DNA of 64,000 nucleotides from an uncultured Methylomirabilota bacterium. GTDB taxonomy: Bacteria > Methylomirabilota > Methylomirabilia > Methylomirabilales > 2-02-FULL-66-22. The notes below the pieces were generated by a model. It saw only the letters and a program-made list of their open reading frames with translations, was not told the DNA's origin and searched no databases. This document shows positions 20,893-31,077 of the stretch, in pieces (positions within the stretch are counted from its first letter, which is position 1; each line of letters begins with the position of its first letter). The stretch is from the NCBI GenBank assembly GCA_963845565.1, contig CAWJSJ010000005.1, forward strand, positions 704,001-768,000. Reading direction: 5' to 3'. A program made the position numbers and the translations under genes.

Positions 20893-21041
20893 CTTGTCGT
20901 CGGGAATCCCCCGGAGCAGATTCAGAGGTCAGCGGAGGAAGGCGCTGTTCGGGCCTATCTACTGCGCAGCGTGGGTGGCGTTGCGGTTATTCCGCGCTGC
21001 GTGGTAAATATGATGTCACTGGAATTCGAGGAGGACCGCAC

Positions 21042-22253
21042 ATGACATCCCCCACGCCGGCGTCCGGAGACAGGCTGCTCCGCGATCCGCAGAACTTCTC
21101 GCTCGTCCTGGGCGGGCCGCTCTTCCAGTTGCTGCGTCGGGCGCATCTGTCCGACGATGCGCTGATGCTGATGCGCCAACGCATCATCGCTCTCTCGCTG
21201 TTCGCCTGGCTGCCACTTCTGGCGCTCTCGGCCCTGGGAGGACAAGTGATAGGCGGGACGGCGGCCGTCCCGTTCCTGCTGGACGTGGACGTGCATATCC
21301 GCTTCCTGGTGGCGTTGCCGCTGTTGATCGTGGCGGAGCTGGTGGTGCACCAACGCATGCGGTTCGTGGTGAAGCAATTTCTGGAACGGCACCTGATTCC
21401 CGCGAGCGCCCGGACCCGGTTCGAGGCCGCCATCGCGTCGGCGCTTCGGCTGCGCAACTCGGTGCTCGCCGAGGTGCTGCTGATCGCGTTCGTCTATGGC
21501 GTCGGCGTCCTGATCGTCTGGCGCCAGTACGGGGCCCTCGCGGCGGCCACGTGGTATGCGACACCGGCCGCCGGGGGCTCGACGCTCTCGCTCGCGGGGA
21601 TGTGGTATGGCTATGTGAGCTTGCCGCTTTTCCAGTTCCTGTTGCTCCGCTGGTATTTTCGGCTGGCGATCTGGGCCCGCCTCCTCTGGCAGGTGTCCCG
21701 CATTGAGTTGCACCTGGTGCCCACGCATCCCGATCGCGTCGGCGGCCTGGGCTTTCTGTCCAACACGGTCTACGCCTTCACCCCGCTGGCGGTGGCACAC
21801 GGCGCGCTGCTGGCCGGCATGATCGCCAACCGCATTTTCTACCTCGGGGCCACCCTGCCGGCCTTCAAGGTCGAGATCGCCGTCATGGTAGGTTTTCTGC
21901 TGTGCGTGGTGCTCGGCCCGCTCTTGGTGTTCGCGCCGCAGCTTGCGCAGGCGAAGCGGACCGGCAATCGCGAATATGGCACACTGGCCCAGCGGTACGT
22001 GCGCGAGTTCGATGCCAAATGGCTCCGCGGCGACGCGCCGGCCGAGGAACCGTTGGTGGGGAGCGCCGACATCCAGTCCCTTGCCGATCTGAACAATAGT
22101 TTCGAGGTGGTGCGGACCATGCGCCTCGCGCCGGTGACGAAGGAGGCTCTCGTCCAGCTTGCGGCCGCGACACTCGCGCCGGTCGCGCCACTGGCCCTCA
22201 CCATGATGCCGCTGGAGGAACTGTTGAAAAAGCTGTTCGGCATCTTGTTCTGA
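21042..22253 (+). CDS. Conserved hypothetical multi-pass membrane protein
   Basis: GAGGAG RBS, about 7 hydrophobic segments, FSLVLGGP, HPDRVGGLGF and SADIQSLADL motifs. Confidence 0.8.
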   Translation: MTSPTPASGDRLLRDPQNFSLVLGGPLFQLLRRAHLSDDALMLMRQRIIALSLFAWLPLLALSALGGQVIGGTAAVPFLLDVDVHIRFLVALPLLIVAELVVHQRMRFVVKQFLERHLIPASARTRFEAAIASALRLRNSVLAEVLLIAFVYGVGVLIVWRQYGALAAATWYATPAAGGSTLSLAGMWYGYVSLPLFQFLLLRWYFRLAIWARLLWQVSRIELHLVPTHPDRVGGLGFLSNTVYAFTPLAVAHGALLAGMIANRIFYLGATLPAFKVEIAVMVGFLLCVVLGPLLVFAPQLAQAKRTGNREYGTLAQRYVREFDAKWLRGDAPAEEPLVGSADIQSLADLNNSFEVVRTMRLAPVTKEALVQLAAATLAPVAPLALTMMPLEELLKKLFGILF

Positions 22254-22320
22254 CGCGGCGCGGCGCTTCGGTCGAGATCTGGCGGCAGTACAGCCAGGAG
22301 TGCAAAGGAGGGAGCGTGAG

Positions 22321-23442
22321 ATGGACGCCGGGCATACCACCCCACGGTTGCGGCAGATCAGGCGGGCGCTGCCGACGCTGCTCCTCGTCCTGACGATGCT
22401 GGGCGCGGCCGGTTGCACCATCGGGCCGAGCACGATGACCCGGGACCGGTTCGACTACACGGCGGCCGTGGCCGAGTCGTGGAAGAGCCAGATGCTGCTG
22501 AACCTGGTGAAGCTCCGCTACAGCGATACCCCGGTATTCCTGGACGTCGGGCAGATCGTCAGCGGCTATACAGTGCAGAGCACCTTTACCGCGGCCGGGA
22601 ACGTCTTCAACACCAGCGGCACCGTGCCGGGGGTCCCCAACAGCAGCATCGGGCTGGGGGCGCAGGGCCAATTCACCGACCGACCGACCATCACCTACGC
22701 GCCCCTCATGGGCGAGCGGTTCGCCCGCTCGCTGATGACGCCCGTGCCTCCCGCGGCGATCCTGAGCCTGATCCAGGCGGGATATCCCATCGACCTGACG
22801 CTGCGGCTGACGGTGCACACGCTCAACGGCATCCAGAATCGGTTCGGCGGGGGGGCCCGGCGGCGGCCGGCCGACCCGGACTTCTACGAGCTCCTGGCGC
22901 GGCTCCGGCGAATCCAGAACTCGGGCGCCATCGGCATGCGCGTGCAGCGCGTCGGTCCCGAAGTTGCCACGGTGCTGACCCTGCGGCAGAAGGTGGAGCC
23001 GAGCGTCGAGACGGACATCCTGATGGTCCGGCAGTTGCTGGGGCTCGATCCCCAGGGGGGCGAGTTCCGGGTGGTCTATGGGGCCGTGGCCGCGAACGAC
23101 AAGGAACTGGCCATGCTCACCCGGTCGATCCTGGACATCCTGCTCGATATGGGGTCGTTTATCACGGTGCCGGAGACCCACGTGCAGGAGAAACGGGTCG
23201 CGCCGTCGGACGAACCCGAGGTCGGCCCGGGCGGGCCCATCCCGCCCCTCGTGCGGATCCAGAGTGGCGCCGAGAAGCCGGGCGATGCCTTCGTGGCGGT
23301 GCCCTACCGAAACCACTGGTACTGGATCGATGACCGCGACCTGCCGTCCAAGGGGCTGTTCAGCTTCCTCATGTTCCTCTTCACCCTGGTGGAGACCGGA
23401 GACAAGGGCGCACCTCCCGTCGTGACGATCCCGGCGGGGTAG
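22321..23442 (+). CDS. Conserved hypothetical lipoprotein
   Basis: GGAG RBS, lipobox AAGC, DRFDY...MLLNLVKLRY and DRPTITYAPL motifs; typical coding codon usage. Confidence 0.75.
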   Translation: MDAGHTTPRLRQIRRALPTLLLVLTMLGAAGCTIGPSTMTRDRFDYTAAVAESWKSQMLLNLVKLRYSDTPVFLDVGQIVSGYTVQSTFTAAGNVFNTSGTVPGVPNSSIGLGAQGQFTDRPTITYAPLMGERFARSLMTPVPPAAILSLIQAGYPIDLTLRLTVHTLNGIQNRFGGGARRRPADPDFYELLARLRRIQNSGAIGMRVQRVGPEVATVLTLRQKVEPSVETDILMVRQLLGLDPQGGEFRVVYGAVAANDKELAMLTRSILDILLDMGSFITVPETHVQEKRVAPSDEPEVGPGGPIPPLVRIQSGAEKPGDAFVAVPYRNHWYWIDDRDLPSKGLFSFLMFLFTLVETGDKGAPPVVTIPAG

Positions 23443-23632
23443 GCGGGGCGGGATAAAACAGGCCGGCCAGAACCAACAGCCTGCCCAAGTGCAACCTTGG
23501 GCCGCTCGGGCAGAGTGCGATAAAGCCAGAGCCTGGGTCTGGCGGGGCGCGGGTACCAGGTCAAAAAGCGGCAGCCTTTTCAGACGTTCGGCTGCGCTCT
23601 TCAGTATGGTGTCCTCGGAAATAGGAGGCGGA

Positions 23633-24739
23633 ATGACCATGGAGACAGGTCCTGTTCCCCAAATGGGCCGGCCAGCGCGGGAACCCGCGGCGCCGGGCGT
23701 AGGCCGCATGCGCCGCGCCAGGCGCCTGCGCCCCCTGGTGTGGGCGGGGCGGGCCGCGGTCGGGCTCGGGTGCACTGTACTGCTCGGCTGGATGGCGCTG
23801 GCCATTTATTTCGATTTCCTGCTGCTCGGGCCGCCGGGGCTCCGCGCGGGGCTCGGCGCCCTCGTGCCGGTCGGGGCGGTGGTCGCCCTGTGGCGCGTGC
23901 GCCCGCTCCGGTGGGTCGTCGCCGGGATTCTGGGGGCGTTCGTGGTGGTCCTTGCCGTGTGGCTCGCCATCCCGCCGTCCAATGACCGGGACTGGCAGCC
24001 CGACGTGGCGACGCTGGCCTACGCCGACATCCGCGGGGACCAAGTCCTCGTGCACAACGTCCGCAATGCCGAGTACCGGACCGAGACCGACTACACCGTG
24101 CGCCTCGAGGAGCGCGCGCTGGACCTCTCGAAGCTCCGCTCGCTGGACCTCTTCCTGATCTACTGGGGATCGCCCCTCATCGCCCACACCATCATGAGCT
24201 GGGGGTTCGAGGGCGACCAGTACCTGGCCATCTCGATCGAGACGCGCAAGGAGAAGGGCGAGGAATATTCCGCGCTCCGCGGGTTCTTCCGCCAGTACGA
24301 GCTCGTCTTCGTGGTCGCGGACGAGCGCGACGTCGTGCGCCTCCGCACGAATGTCCGCGGCGAGGACGTCTACGTCTACCGGCTCGACGCGTCCCCCGCG
24401 ATCGCGCGTCAGCTCCTGCTCCGGTACCTCGCGGAGATCAACCGATTGCACGACCGGCCCCAGTGGTACAACGCGCTGACACAGAATTGCACGACGGCGA
24501 TCCAGCGCCTCGCCCAGTCCGGTGCGCCTCGGTCGTGGTGGAGCTGGAAGCTGGTCGTGAACGGCTACCTCGACGAGCTGGGGTACGACCTCGGCGCCCT
24601 CGACCGCTCCTTGCCGTTTGCCGTCCTCAAGGCGAAGAGCCATATCAACGACCGGGCCAAGGCCGCCAACGACGACCCTCGCTTCTCGGTCCGGATCAGG
24701 GAAGGCCTCCCACGGATGGCCGCGACCGCGGCAAGATAG
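23633..24739 (+). CDS. DUF4105 (Lnb N-terminal-like) membrane protein
   Basis: Three N-terminal TM helices, PSNDRDW, AHTIMSWGF (His), FFRQYEL, YNALTQNCTT (Cys). Confidence 0.8.
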   Translation: MTMETGPVPQMGRPAREPAAPGVGRMRRARRLRPLVWAGRAAVGLGCTVLLGWMALAIYFDFLLLGPPGLRAGLGALVPVGAVVALWRVRPLRWVVAGILGAFVVVLAVWLAIPPSNDRDWQPDVATLAYADIRGDQVLVHNVRNAEYRTETDYTVRLEERALDLSKLRSLDLFLIYWGSPLIAHTIMSWGFEGDQYLAISIETRKEKGEEYSALRGFFRQYELVFVVADERDVVRLRTNVRGEDVYVYRLDASPAIARQLLLRYLAEINRLHDRPQWYNALTQNCTTAIQRLAQSGAPRSWWSWKLVVNGYLDELGYDLGALDRSLPFAVLKAKSHINDRAKAANDDPRFSVRIREGLPRMAATAAR

Positions 24740-24749
24740 GGGTGACACC

Positions 24750-26632
24750 ATGAACCCGATGCCTGCCCACCGGTCTTTCCTTCTCGGTGCCCTGTGTCTG
24801 GCCCTGGCGGCCTGCGCGGGGCCGATCTCGGCGGTCCGGGTCGACCCCAAGGTCGTCCAGGCCGACCTCGGCCGGAGCGCCATCACCACGGGTGAGCCGA
24901 GCTGGCCGACGCGGAACGTGCTCTTCGAGCGGGGCCTCTCCGACGCCTTCGCCGCAGAGCCCGCGACCGCCCTGGCCGAGCTGCACCGGGCGATGGTCGC
25001 GACGCAGGGGGACCCGGACCTCCTCTTCGCCCTGGCCGAGCTGTCGTTCCTGCACGGCCAGGCCGCGAAGCAGCCCGCCTACGCCCTGGCGGCCGCCGTT
25101 TACGCCTACGCCTTCCTGTTCCCCGAGGGGGTTGGCGTGGCCCCCGGCCGGTTCGATCCCCGGCTCCGGATCGCGGCGGACCTGTACAACTGGGCGCTGA
25201 CGGCAGCCTTCGCCGCGCCGGACCGGGGGGCGGTCGTCCCGCGGGGCGGCACGTTCGAGTTGCCCTTCGGGCGGATCGCGGTGGCCTTCGACCCGGCGGC
25301 GCTCCGCGCCGGGGACCGCGAACTGGTCCGGTTCACCCCGATCGCGGAGCTGGAGGTGCACGGCCTGGCCATGCGGTATCGCTGGCCCGGCCTTGGCGCC
25401 CCCCTCGCCGCCACCACCCGGCCCCTCGAGTCCGCGCCGGCCGGGCGGGACATGGTGGCGCCGCGGCTGCAGGTGTCGGTGACCGCTCCTCCTGCGGATC
25501 TCCGAGGCCCGGCGCGCCCTCGTCCAGGGCGAGCCGCTCGCGGGCACGCTGGAGCTCCACCTGGCCTGGGACAAGGAATCGGTCACGATCGCCGGCGAGC
25601 CGGTGCCGCTCGAGAGCGAGCCGACGGCCGCCCTGGCGCTGACGGTCACCGATGTGCCGGTCATGGAGATCGAAGCGTTTGGGTTTCTCGGCCGACTCAC
25701 CGGATTGATGCAGGAGCGGTCCCCCCTCGTCTCCACCACGCCGTACCGGCCCGGGCTCATCCCCGTGGTCTTCGTCCACGGCACGGCCTCCAGCATCGTC
25801 CGTTGGGTCGAGATGTTCAACCGGCTGCAGGCCGACCCGGAGATCCGGAGCCGCTTCCAGGTCTGGTTCTTCCAGTACGACTCCGGCAACCCCATCGCGC
25901 TGTCCGCCCTGCGCCTCCGCGAGGCGCTGACCACGGCGGTCGCGCGGCTCGACCCCGAAGGCACGGATCCGGCCCTGCGCCGGATGATCCTGATCGGGCA
26001 CAGCCAGGGGGGCCTGCTGGTCAAGATGCAGGTCATCCAGCAGCGGCGATCGGATCTGGAACGGGGTCAGCCGCAAGCCCTTCGATCAGATGCAGTTCTC
26101 CGACGAGACCCGCGACCTGCTCCGGCGAGCGCTGTTCGTCGAGCCGCTGCCCGAGGTGTCGCGCGTGGTGTTCATCTGCACGCCGCAACGGGGCAGCTTC
26201 GTGGCGGGGAGCAATTTCATCGCCAACGTCGTCCGGCGACTCTTGACCCTCCCCCTCGCCCTCACCGGGGTGGCGGCGGACATCGCCCGGAACCCGGACG
26301 CCTTCGCGGGCGGGGCGAGCCCGGTCATGCCGTCGGCCGTGGACAACATGTCACCGCGGCACCCCTTCATCCGGGCCCTGCAGGACATCCCTATCGCGCC
26401 GTCCGTCGCGGTCCACTCCATCATCGCGGTCGAGGGGGACGGCCCGGTCGAAGAGGGCGACGATGGGGTGGTACAGTACACGAGTGCCCACATCGAGCCC
26501 GTCGAGTCCGAGCTGGTCGTGCGGTCGGGCCATTCCGTGCAGGGCAATCCCCACGCCATCGAGGAGGTGCGCCGGATTCTGCGGCTGCACGGGGAGATGA
26601 AGACGGGGACGGAACCGCTCAAGGCCCGATGA
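24750..26632 (+). CDS. Alpha/beta-hydrolase lipoprotein, paralog of 1..1631; frameshifts near 25490 and 26040
   Basis: Lipobox LAAC, FVHGTASS, GHSQGG, DDGVV and GHSVQ motifs spread over three frames. Confidence 0.82.
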
Positions 26633-26740
26633 CAGCGGAGTGCGCGATTGGCGTCGGGATGGGCGCGGGCGCTGGGCGCATCCCGCGCCCCGGCATGGGG
26701 TCAGGCTTTCCATGCGTATTATGTTGGCACGTAAAACATA

Positions 26741-26788
26741 GGGGACGTCCATAAAAGTATAAATATTTATACTTTTATGGACGTCCCC
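26741..26788. repeat. Perfect 48-bp palindrome (empty form of the 18549 element)
   Basis: GGGGACGTCCATAAAAGTATAAAT joined directly to ATTTATACTTTTATGGACGTCCCC. Confidence 0.9.
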
Positions 26789-26890
26789 GAATCGTGATCG
26801 TCCGATCATTCTGGAAACGCTTCAGAACGATACTGCGGTCAAGCCATCGCGCACTGACGCACATTCTGCGTGCTTTCCCGGTCTTTTCTT

Positions 26891-26919
26891 TTGACTCTCC
26901 GTGTCCCATTCGATAGGCT
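26891..26919 (+). promoter_or_regulatory. Putative sigma70 promoter of the sensor kinase
   Basis: TTGACT-N17-TAGGCT. Confidence 0.4.
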
Positions 26920-27039
26920 GCTGCCCGACGAACGCCGCAGCCAGGCCGGTCCGTCTTGGTGTGCTGTCTCTTGGCCGCGGAGCAGGCGCGGTGTGCTCCC
27001 ACGACGAGTCGGCCCGTCGGGAAGACGGAAAGATTGATC

Positions 27040-30000
27040 GTGTATAATCTCCGAATCGGATTCCTCGGGATCCGCCTTCCACTGTCACTGTTCATCCTTC
27101 TCGCCTTCGGACCGTACGCCGACGGGGCCCAGGCGCCGCCACCCGATACCCTCAGCACAAAGAACGTCCTGATCCTGCATGCCTTCGAACCCAATATCCC
27201 CATTTTCGAATTGACCGATCGGGGACTCCGAGCGTCCCTGGATGCGGGTGGCGTGCGCATCAGGAACCAGTTCCTCGAATACCTGGACCTGGCGCGCAAC
27301 CCCGACCCCGAACACAGGGGAAAGATGGCCGAGTTGATGCGCCTGCGATACGAGCGACGCGCGATTGACGCGATCGTCACCATGTATCCGGAGGCCCTGC
27401 ATTTCCTGCTTCAAGAGGGCCAGCGGATATTCCCCGGCGTTCCCGCTATCGCCCTGTACCTCCCGGAAGGGTTCGAAATGCCGAAGACCGACCGCCTCGT
27501 AATCGGTCATACCGTTACGGCGGATATCGTTGGCACCCTGGAGATTGCGCTGAAGCTGATCCCCGACGCAAAACACCTCTACATCGTGAGCGGCGCGCAC
27601 AAGGTCGACCGAAGCATGGAGGAAAAGGCCCGCCGGGATCTCAAGAAGCGGGAAGGCCGGCTAGAGATACGCTCCTTGAGCGACCGGCCCTTCGAGGAGA
27701 TGCTGACCGCAGTTTCGAGCGCTCCCGCCGAGGCTATTGTTCTTCTCCTTGGTGTCGCTGCCGACGTGACCGGAAAGCCCTACACCACGAGGGAAGTGGC
27801 CAGTCGCTTGGGGGAGGTCTCCCGTGCGCCGGTGTTTGGGCTGTACGATGTCGCGCTCGGATACGGTATCGCTGGAGGCTCGCTGATCAGCTTCGAGGGC
27901 ATTGGAACCAGGGCGGGCCAACTAGCCCTGGATATTCTGAGCGGCACGAAGACTCCAGGGAATATCTCCGCGACGCTGGACGTCCCACCCGCGCCCAAGT
28001 TCGACTGGCAGCAACTCAAGCGCTGGAGCCTATCCGTGGACGCCGTGCCGCCGGGGAGCATCATCATCAACCGCGAGTACACGCTCTGGGAGCGGAACCG
28101 CACGGCGGTGATCGTCGCGTTCTTTGTTCTCGTCCTGCAGGCACTGTTGATCGTGAGCCTTGCGGTGAGCAGGGCGCAACGCCGGCGTGTGGAACGGCAA
28201 CTCGCGGAGCAATTGCGGATTGAGAGCCTCGTCGCCGACCTGTCGGCCCGCTTTGTCCATCTACCCGCGCGCCAGATCGAGAGCGAAATCCAGGACGCCC
28301 AACGCCAAATCTGTGAAATCCTCGACCTCGATCGGTCCACGTTGCTGCAAGTGCCGCCGGACGAGCCCAGCACCATGTGCATGACGCATGTCCACACCCC
28401 GTCGGAGACGCCGCCAGTTCGGTTACCGATGGACATGGGAGACGTTATCCCGTGGACAATCCAGAGGCTCCTGCGCGGGGAGACGCTGATCATCTCGGCC
28501 CTCGCGGCCCTCCCGCCGGAAGCCGCCCGGGACCGAGAAACCTTCCAACGGTACGGGACCAAGGCGGTCGTGGCGGTTCCGCTCGTCGCAGACGGGGCGG
28601 TCGTCGGGGCGCTTAGCTTCGCGGCGACGCGCGCGGAGCGGGCGTGGACGGGCGACGTCGTACGCGGCTTCCGCGTAGTCGCCGAGGTGATCGCCAATGC
28701 GCTTTCCCGGCGGCGGGCGGATCAGGCGCTTCGCGAGAGCCAGGCGCGCCTGACCCTCGCGGTGGCCAGCGCCGAGGCCCGCCTGTGGGAGGTGGAAGCG
28801 GAGACCGAACGCGTGTGGATGACGGAGGAGGGGCGGGCCTACTTTGGACTCGGCCCGAATGAGGCGATGACGTTCAATCGCCTGGCCGAGTTCATTCACC
28901 CCGACGATCGTGCGATCTGGCGCGATAACATCCGGCAGGCGCTGGACACGGGTCGGATCCTGCGCAACGAATTCCGGGTTCTCGGCCCGGACGGCAGCGT
29001 CCGGTGGATTGCCTCCCAGGGGCGCCTCCACGGCGATGTGGCCGGGAGGCCGCGCCGTCTGCTGGGGGTGTCCATCGACGTCACCGAGCGCCGGCAGGTC
29101 GAGGAGCGCCTCCGCGCGAGCGAAGCGCTGAGCACCGGGGTGTTCGCCTCGCTCCCCGGGCATATGGTCATCGTGGATCGCTCCGGGGCCATTCTGCGGA
29201 CCAGCGACACGTGGCAGGCGTTCGCCGCCGGGGACGAGGCATTGGATCCGACCGTCCTGGCGGTCGGCGCGCGGCAACACCCGGCCAGCCCGCACGGCGA
29301 TGCGGAAAGCGGTCCGATAGCCAGGGAAGTGCTGGCGGGGATCGAGGCGGTCCTCGACGGCACGCAGGCGGAATTCCGTCTCGAGTATGCGTATCCGACG
29401 CGTACCGAGGAGCGCTGGGCCAGCGTCAGCGTCCTTCCGTTGCAGCGGCCGGAGGGGGGAGCGGTCATCTATCACCACGACATCACCATGTCACAGCGAT
29501 CGCGCCTGGAGGTGGAGCGCCTCCGTCGGGATCTGACGCACGTGGCGCGGGTGACCACGATGGGGGAGATGGCGGCGGCCCTGGCCCACGAGCTGAACCA
29601 GCCGCTCACGGCCATCTTGAGCAACGCCCATGCGGGTGAGCGGTACATGGCGCAGGCAGCGCCGCCCCTGGATGAAATCCGAGAAATCCTGCAGGATGTG
29701 GTCGGCGATGCCCGGCGGGCTGGTGAGGTGATTCAGCGCCTGCGCAGCCTGTTGCGGAAGGACGACGCGCGCTTTCTGCCGCTCGACGTCAACCCCGTGG
29801 TCCGGGAAATCGCTGCGCTCGTCCGCACGGACGCCATTCTCCGGAACGTTGCGATCGATCTGGACCTGTCCCCCGAGCTCCCCCGCGTCCACGGAGACCG
29901 CGTTCAGCTCCAGCAGGTGCTGCTCAACCTCGTCCTCAACGGCATGGAAGCGATGGGGCCGAATGGCGAGGAGCGGCGGATCGTGATCCAGACCCGGCAG

Positions 30001-30243
30001 GGCGACGGGGCGGTGCGGATCTCCGTGCAGGATCAGGGTCCTGGTATTCCTGCCGATACACTACCACGCGTTTTCGAGACCTTCTACACCACCAAGCCCA
30101 GCGGGATGGGGATGGGCCTGGCGATCAGTCGCTCCATCGTGGAAGCCCACGGAGGCAAGATCTGGGCCGAGAACAACCCCGACCGCGGCGCCACGTTTGC
30201 GTTCACACTCCCCGCCTGCCCGCCGGAATCCACTCCTGCATAA
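27040..30243 (+). CDS. FixL/TodS/NodV-like sensor histidine kinase (periplasmic substrate-binding-like domain, TM, GAF, PAS, HisKA, HATPase)
   Basis: LAHELNQPL H-box, QLQQVLLNL N-box, DQGPG and GMGMGLAISRSIVEAHGG motifs, IHPDD PAS motif; start codon uncertain. Confidence 0.92.
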   Translation: MYNLRIGFLGIRLPLSLFILLAFGPYADGAQAPPPDTLSTKNVLILHAFEPNIPIFELTDRGLRASLDAGGVRIRNQFLEYLDLARNPDPEHRGKMAELMRLRYERRAIDAIVTMYPEALHFLLQEGQRIFPGVPAIALYLPEGFEMPKTDRLVIGHTVTADIVGTLEIALKLIPDAKHLYIVSGAHKVDRSMEEKARRDLKKREGRLEIRSLSDRPFEEMLTAVSSAPAEAIVLLLGVAADVTGKPYTTREVASRLGEVSRAPVFGLYDVALGYGIAGGSLISFEGIGTRAGQLALDILSGTKTPGNISATLDVPPAPKFDWQQLKRWSLSVDAVPPGSIIINREYTLWERNRTAVIVAFFVLVLQALLIVSLAVSRAQRRRVERQLAEQLRIESLVADLSARFVHLPARQIESEIQDAQRQICEILDLDRSTLLQVPPDEPSTMCMTHVHTPSETPPVRLPMDMGDVIPWTIQRLLRGETLIISALAALPPEAARDRETFQRYGTKAVVAVPLVADGAVVGALSFAATRAERAWTGDVVRGFRVVAEVIANALSRRRADQALRESQARLTLAVASAEARLWEVEAETERVWMTEEGRAYFGLGPNEAMTFNRLAEFIHPDDRAIWRDNIRQALDTGRILRNEFRVLGPDGSVRWIASQGRLHGDVAGRPRRLLGVSIDVTERRQVEERLRASEALSTGVFASLPGHMVIVDRSGAILRTSDTWQAFAAGDEALDPTVLAVGARQHPASPHGDAESGPIAREVLAGIEAVLDGTQAEFRLEYAYPTRTEERWASVSVLPLQRPEGGAVIYHHDITMSQRSRLEVERLRRDLTHVARVTTMGEMAAALAHELNQPLTAILSNAHAGERYMAQAAPPLDEIREILQDVVGDARRAGEVIQRLRSLLRKDDARFLPLDVNPVVREIAALVRTDAILRNVAIDLDLSPELPRVHGDRVQLQQVLLNLVLNGMEAMGPNGEERRIVIQTRQGDGAVRISVQDQGPGIPADTLPRVFETFYTTKPSGMGMGLAISRSIVEAHGGKIWAENNPDRGATFAFTLPACPPESTPA

Positions 30244-30301
30244 GCCGCCGTTCCGACCACCCACGCTCGGGTATCGATGGGCCCGAAATCTCGACCTACG
30301 C

Positions 30302-30580
30302 TCACGCCGCGAGCTGCCTCTTGACACGTGCCAGTTCTTTCTCGATCCGGTCCAAGCGAGTCTGGACGGTGCTCGCGGTGGCGAGACGATCCCTGAGGAT
30401 GCTGTTGAGGAGTCGCTGATACGGGACGCCACTCTCGGCTGATAACTCCTTGAGCTTTTCCAGGCTGTCAGCATCGACATTGATCGTGATCTTCACGGCT
30501 CCCCGCCTTGCCATTTCGGAGCGAATCTCACGCGTTCCCGCATGATCAAGTGTCAGGTCTCGCATCCTTGGCTTTTTCAT
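30302..30580 (-). CDS. BrnA/CopG-like antitoxin
   Basis: VKITINVD...GVPYQRLLNSILR ribbon-helix-helix; overlaps the toxin gene. Confidence 0.8.
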   Translation of the reverse strand: MKKPRMRDLTLDHAGTREIRSEMARRGAVKITINVDADSLEKLKELSAESGVPYQRLLNSILRDRLATASTVQTRLDRIEKELARVKRQLAA

Positions 30581-30839
30581 TGTACATCCTCCTGAATTCC
30601 CTCCACTCCGCGGAGCCGATTATCCGTATCTTGGCTCCGCGTCGGGTGAACCTGGTGGTGAGGACTCGACCCGACGAGCTCTTTCCAATCCAGTAGAATC
30701 GTTGCTCGATCTCCGAGTGTCTTCCGTCCACGACCACGAAGCCGGCTGGGTCGTAGAAGGATTCGACGGCTTCGGCGAACGAGATCTTATGCTTCCGAAG
30801 GTTCTCGGTGTCCTTGCTCGCGTCCCACTCGAATTCCAT
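30546..30839 (-). CDS. brnT: BrnT-family toxin
   Basis: MEFEWDASK..NLRKHKISF, HSEIEQRF and IRIIG motifs. Confidence 0.88.
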   Translation of the reverse strand: MEFEWDASKDTENLRKHKISFAEAVESFYDPAGFVVVDGRHSEIEQRFYWIGKSSSGRVLTTRFTRRGAKIRIIGSAEWREFRRMYNEKAKDARPDT

Positions 30840-30845
30840 GGACGT

Positions 30846-30865
30846 ATCTTACCATATCGATATGG
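30846..30865 (-). promoter_or_regulatory. Operator palindrome and -10 box of the brnT operon (probably leaderless mRNA)
   Basis: CCATATCGATATGG perfect palindrome at 30852-30865; TAAGAT lies 6 nt before the ATG; no RBS. Confidence 0.55.
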
Positions 30866-31077
30866 AAACCACCACCCGTCAGAGCGGCAACCTCACACAG
30901 GTCGCTCGTGCTGCTTACTCGTCTTGCGGCGAAAGGTGAGAATGAAGAGAGTGTTCCGATGAGTGTCGTGGTGCCTTCCGTATTCCTGTTGACAGCCGCA
31001 TCCGGTGTGCCGGATGCTCAGGCGCAGTTCCGAGGGAGCGGCCGGTCCGAAACCCTGGCGGTGGAAGGAGTTCCGTT

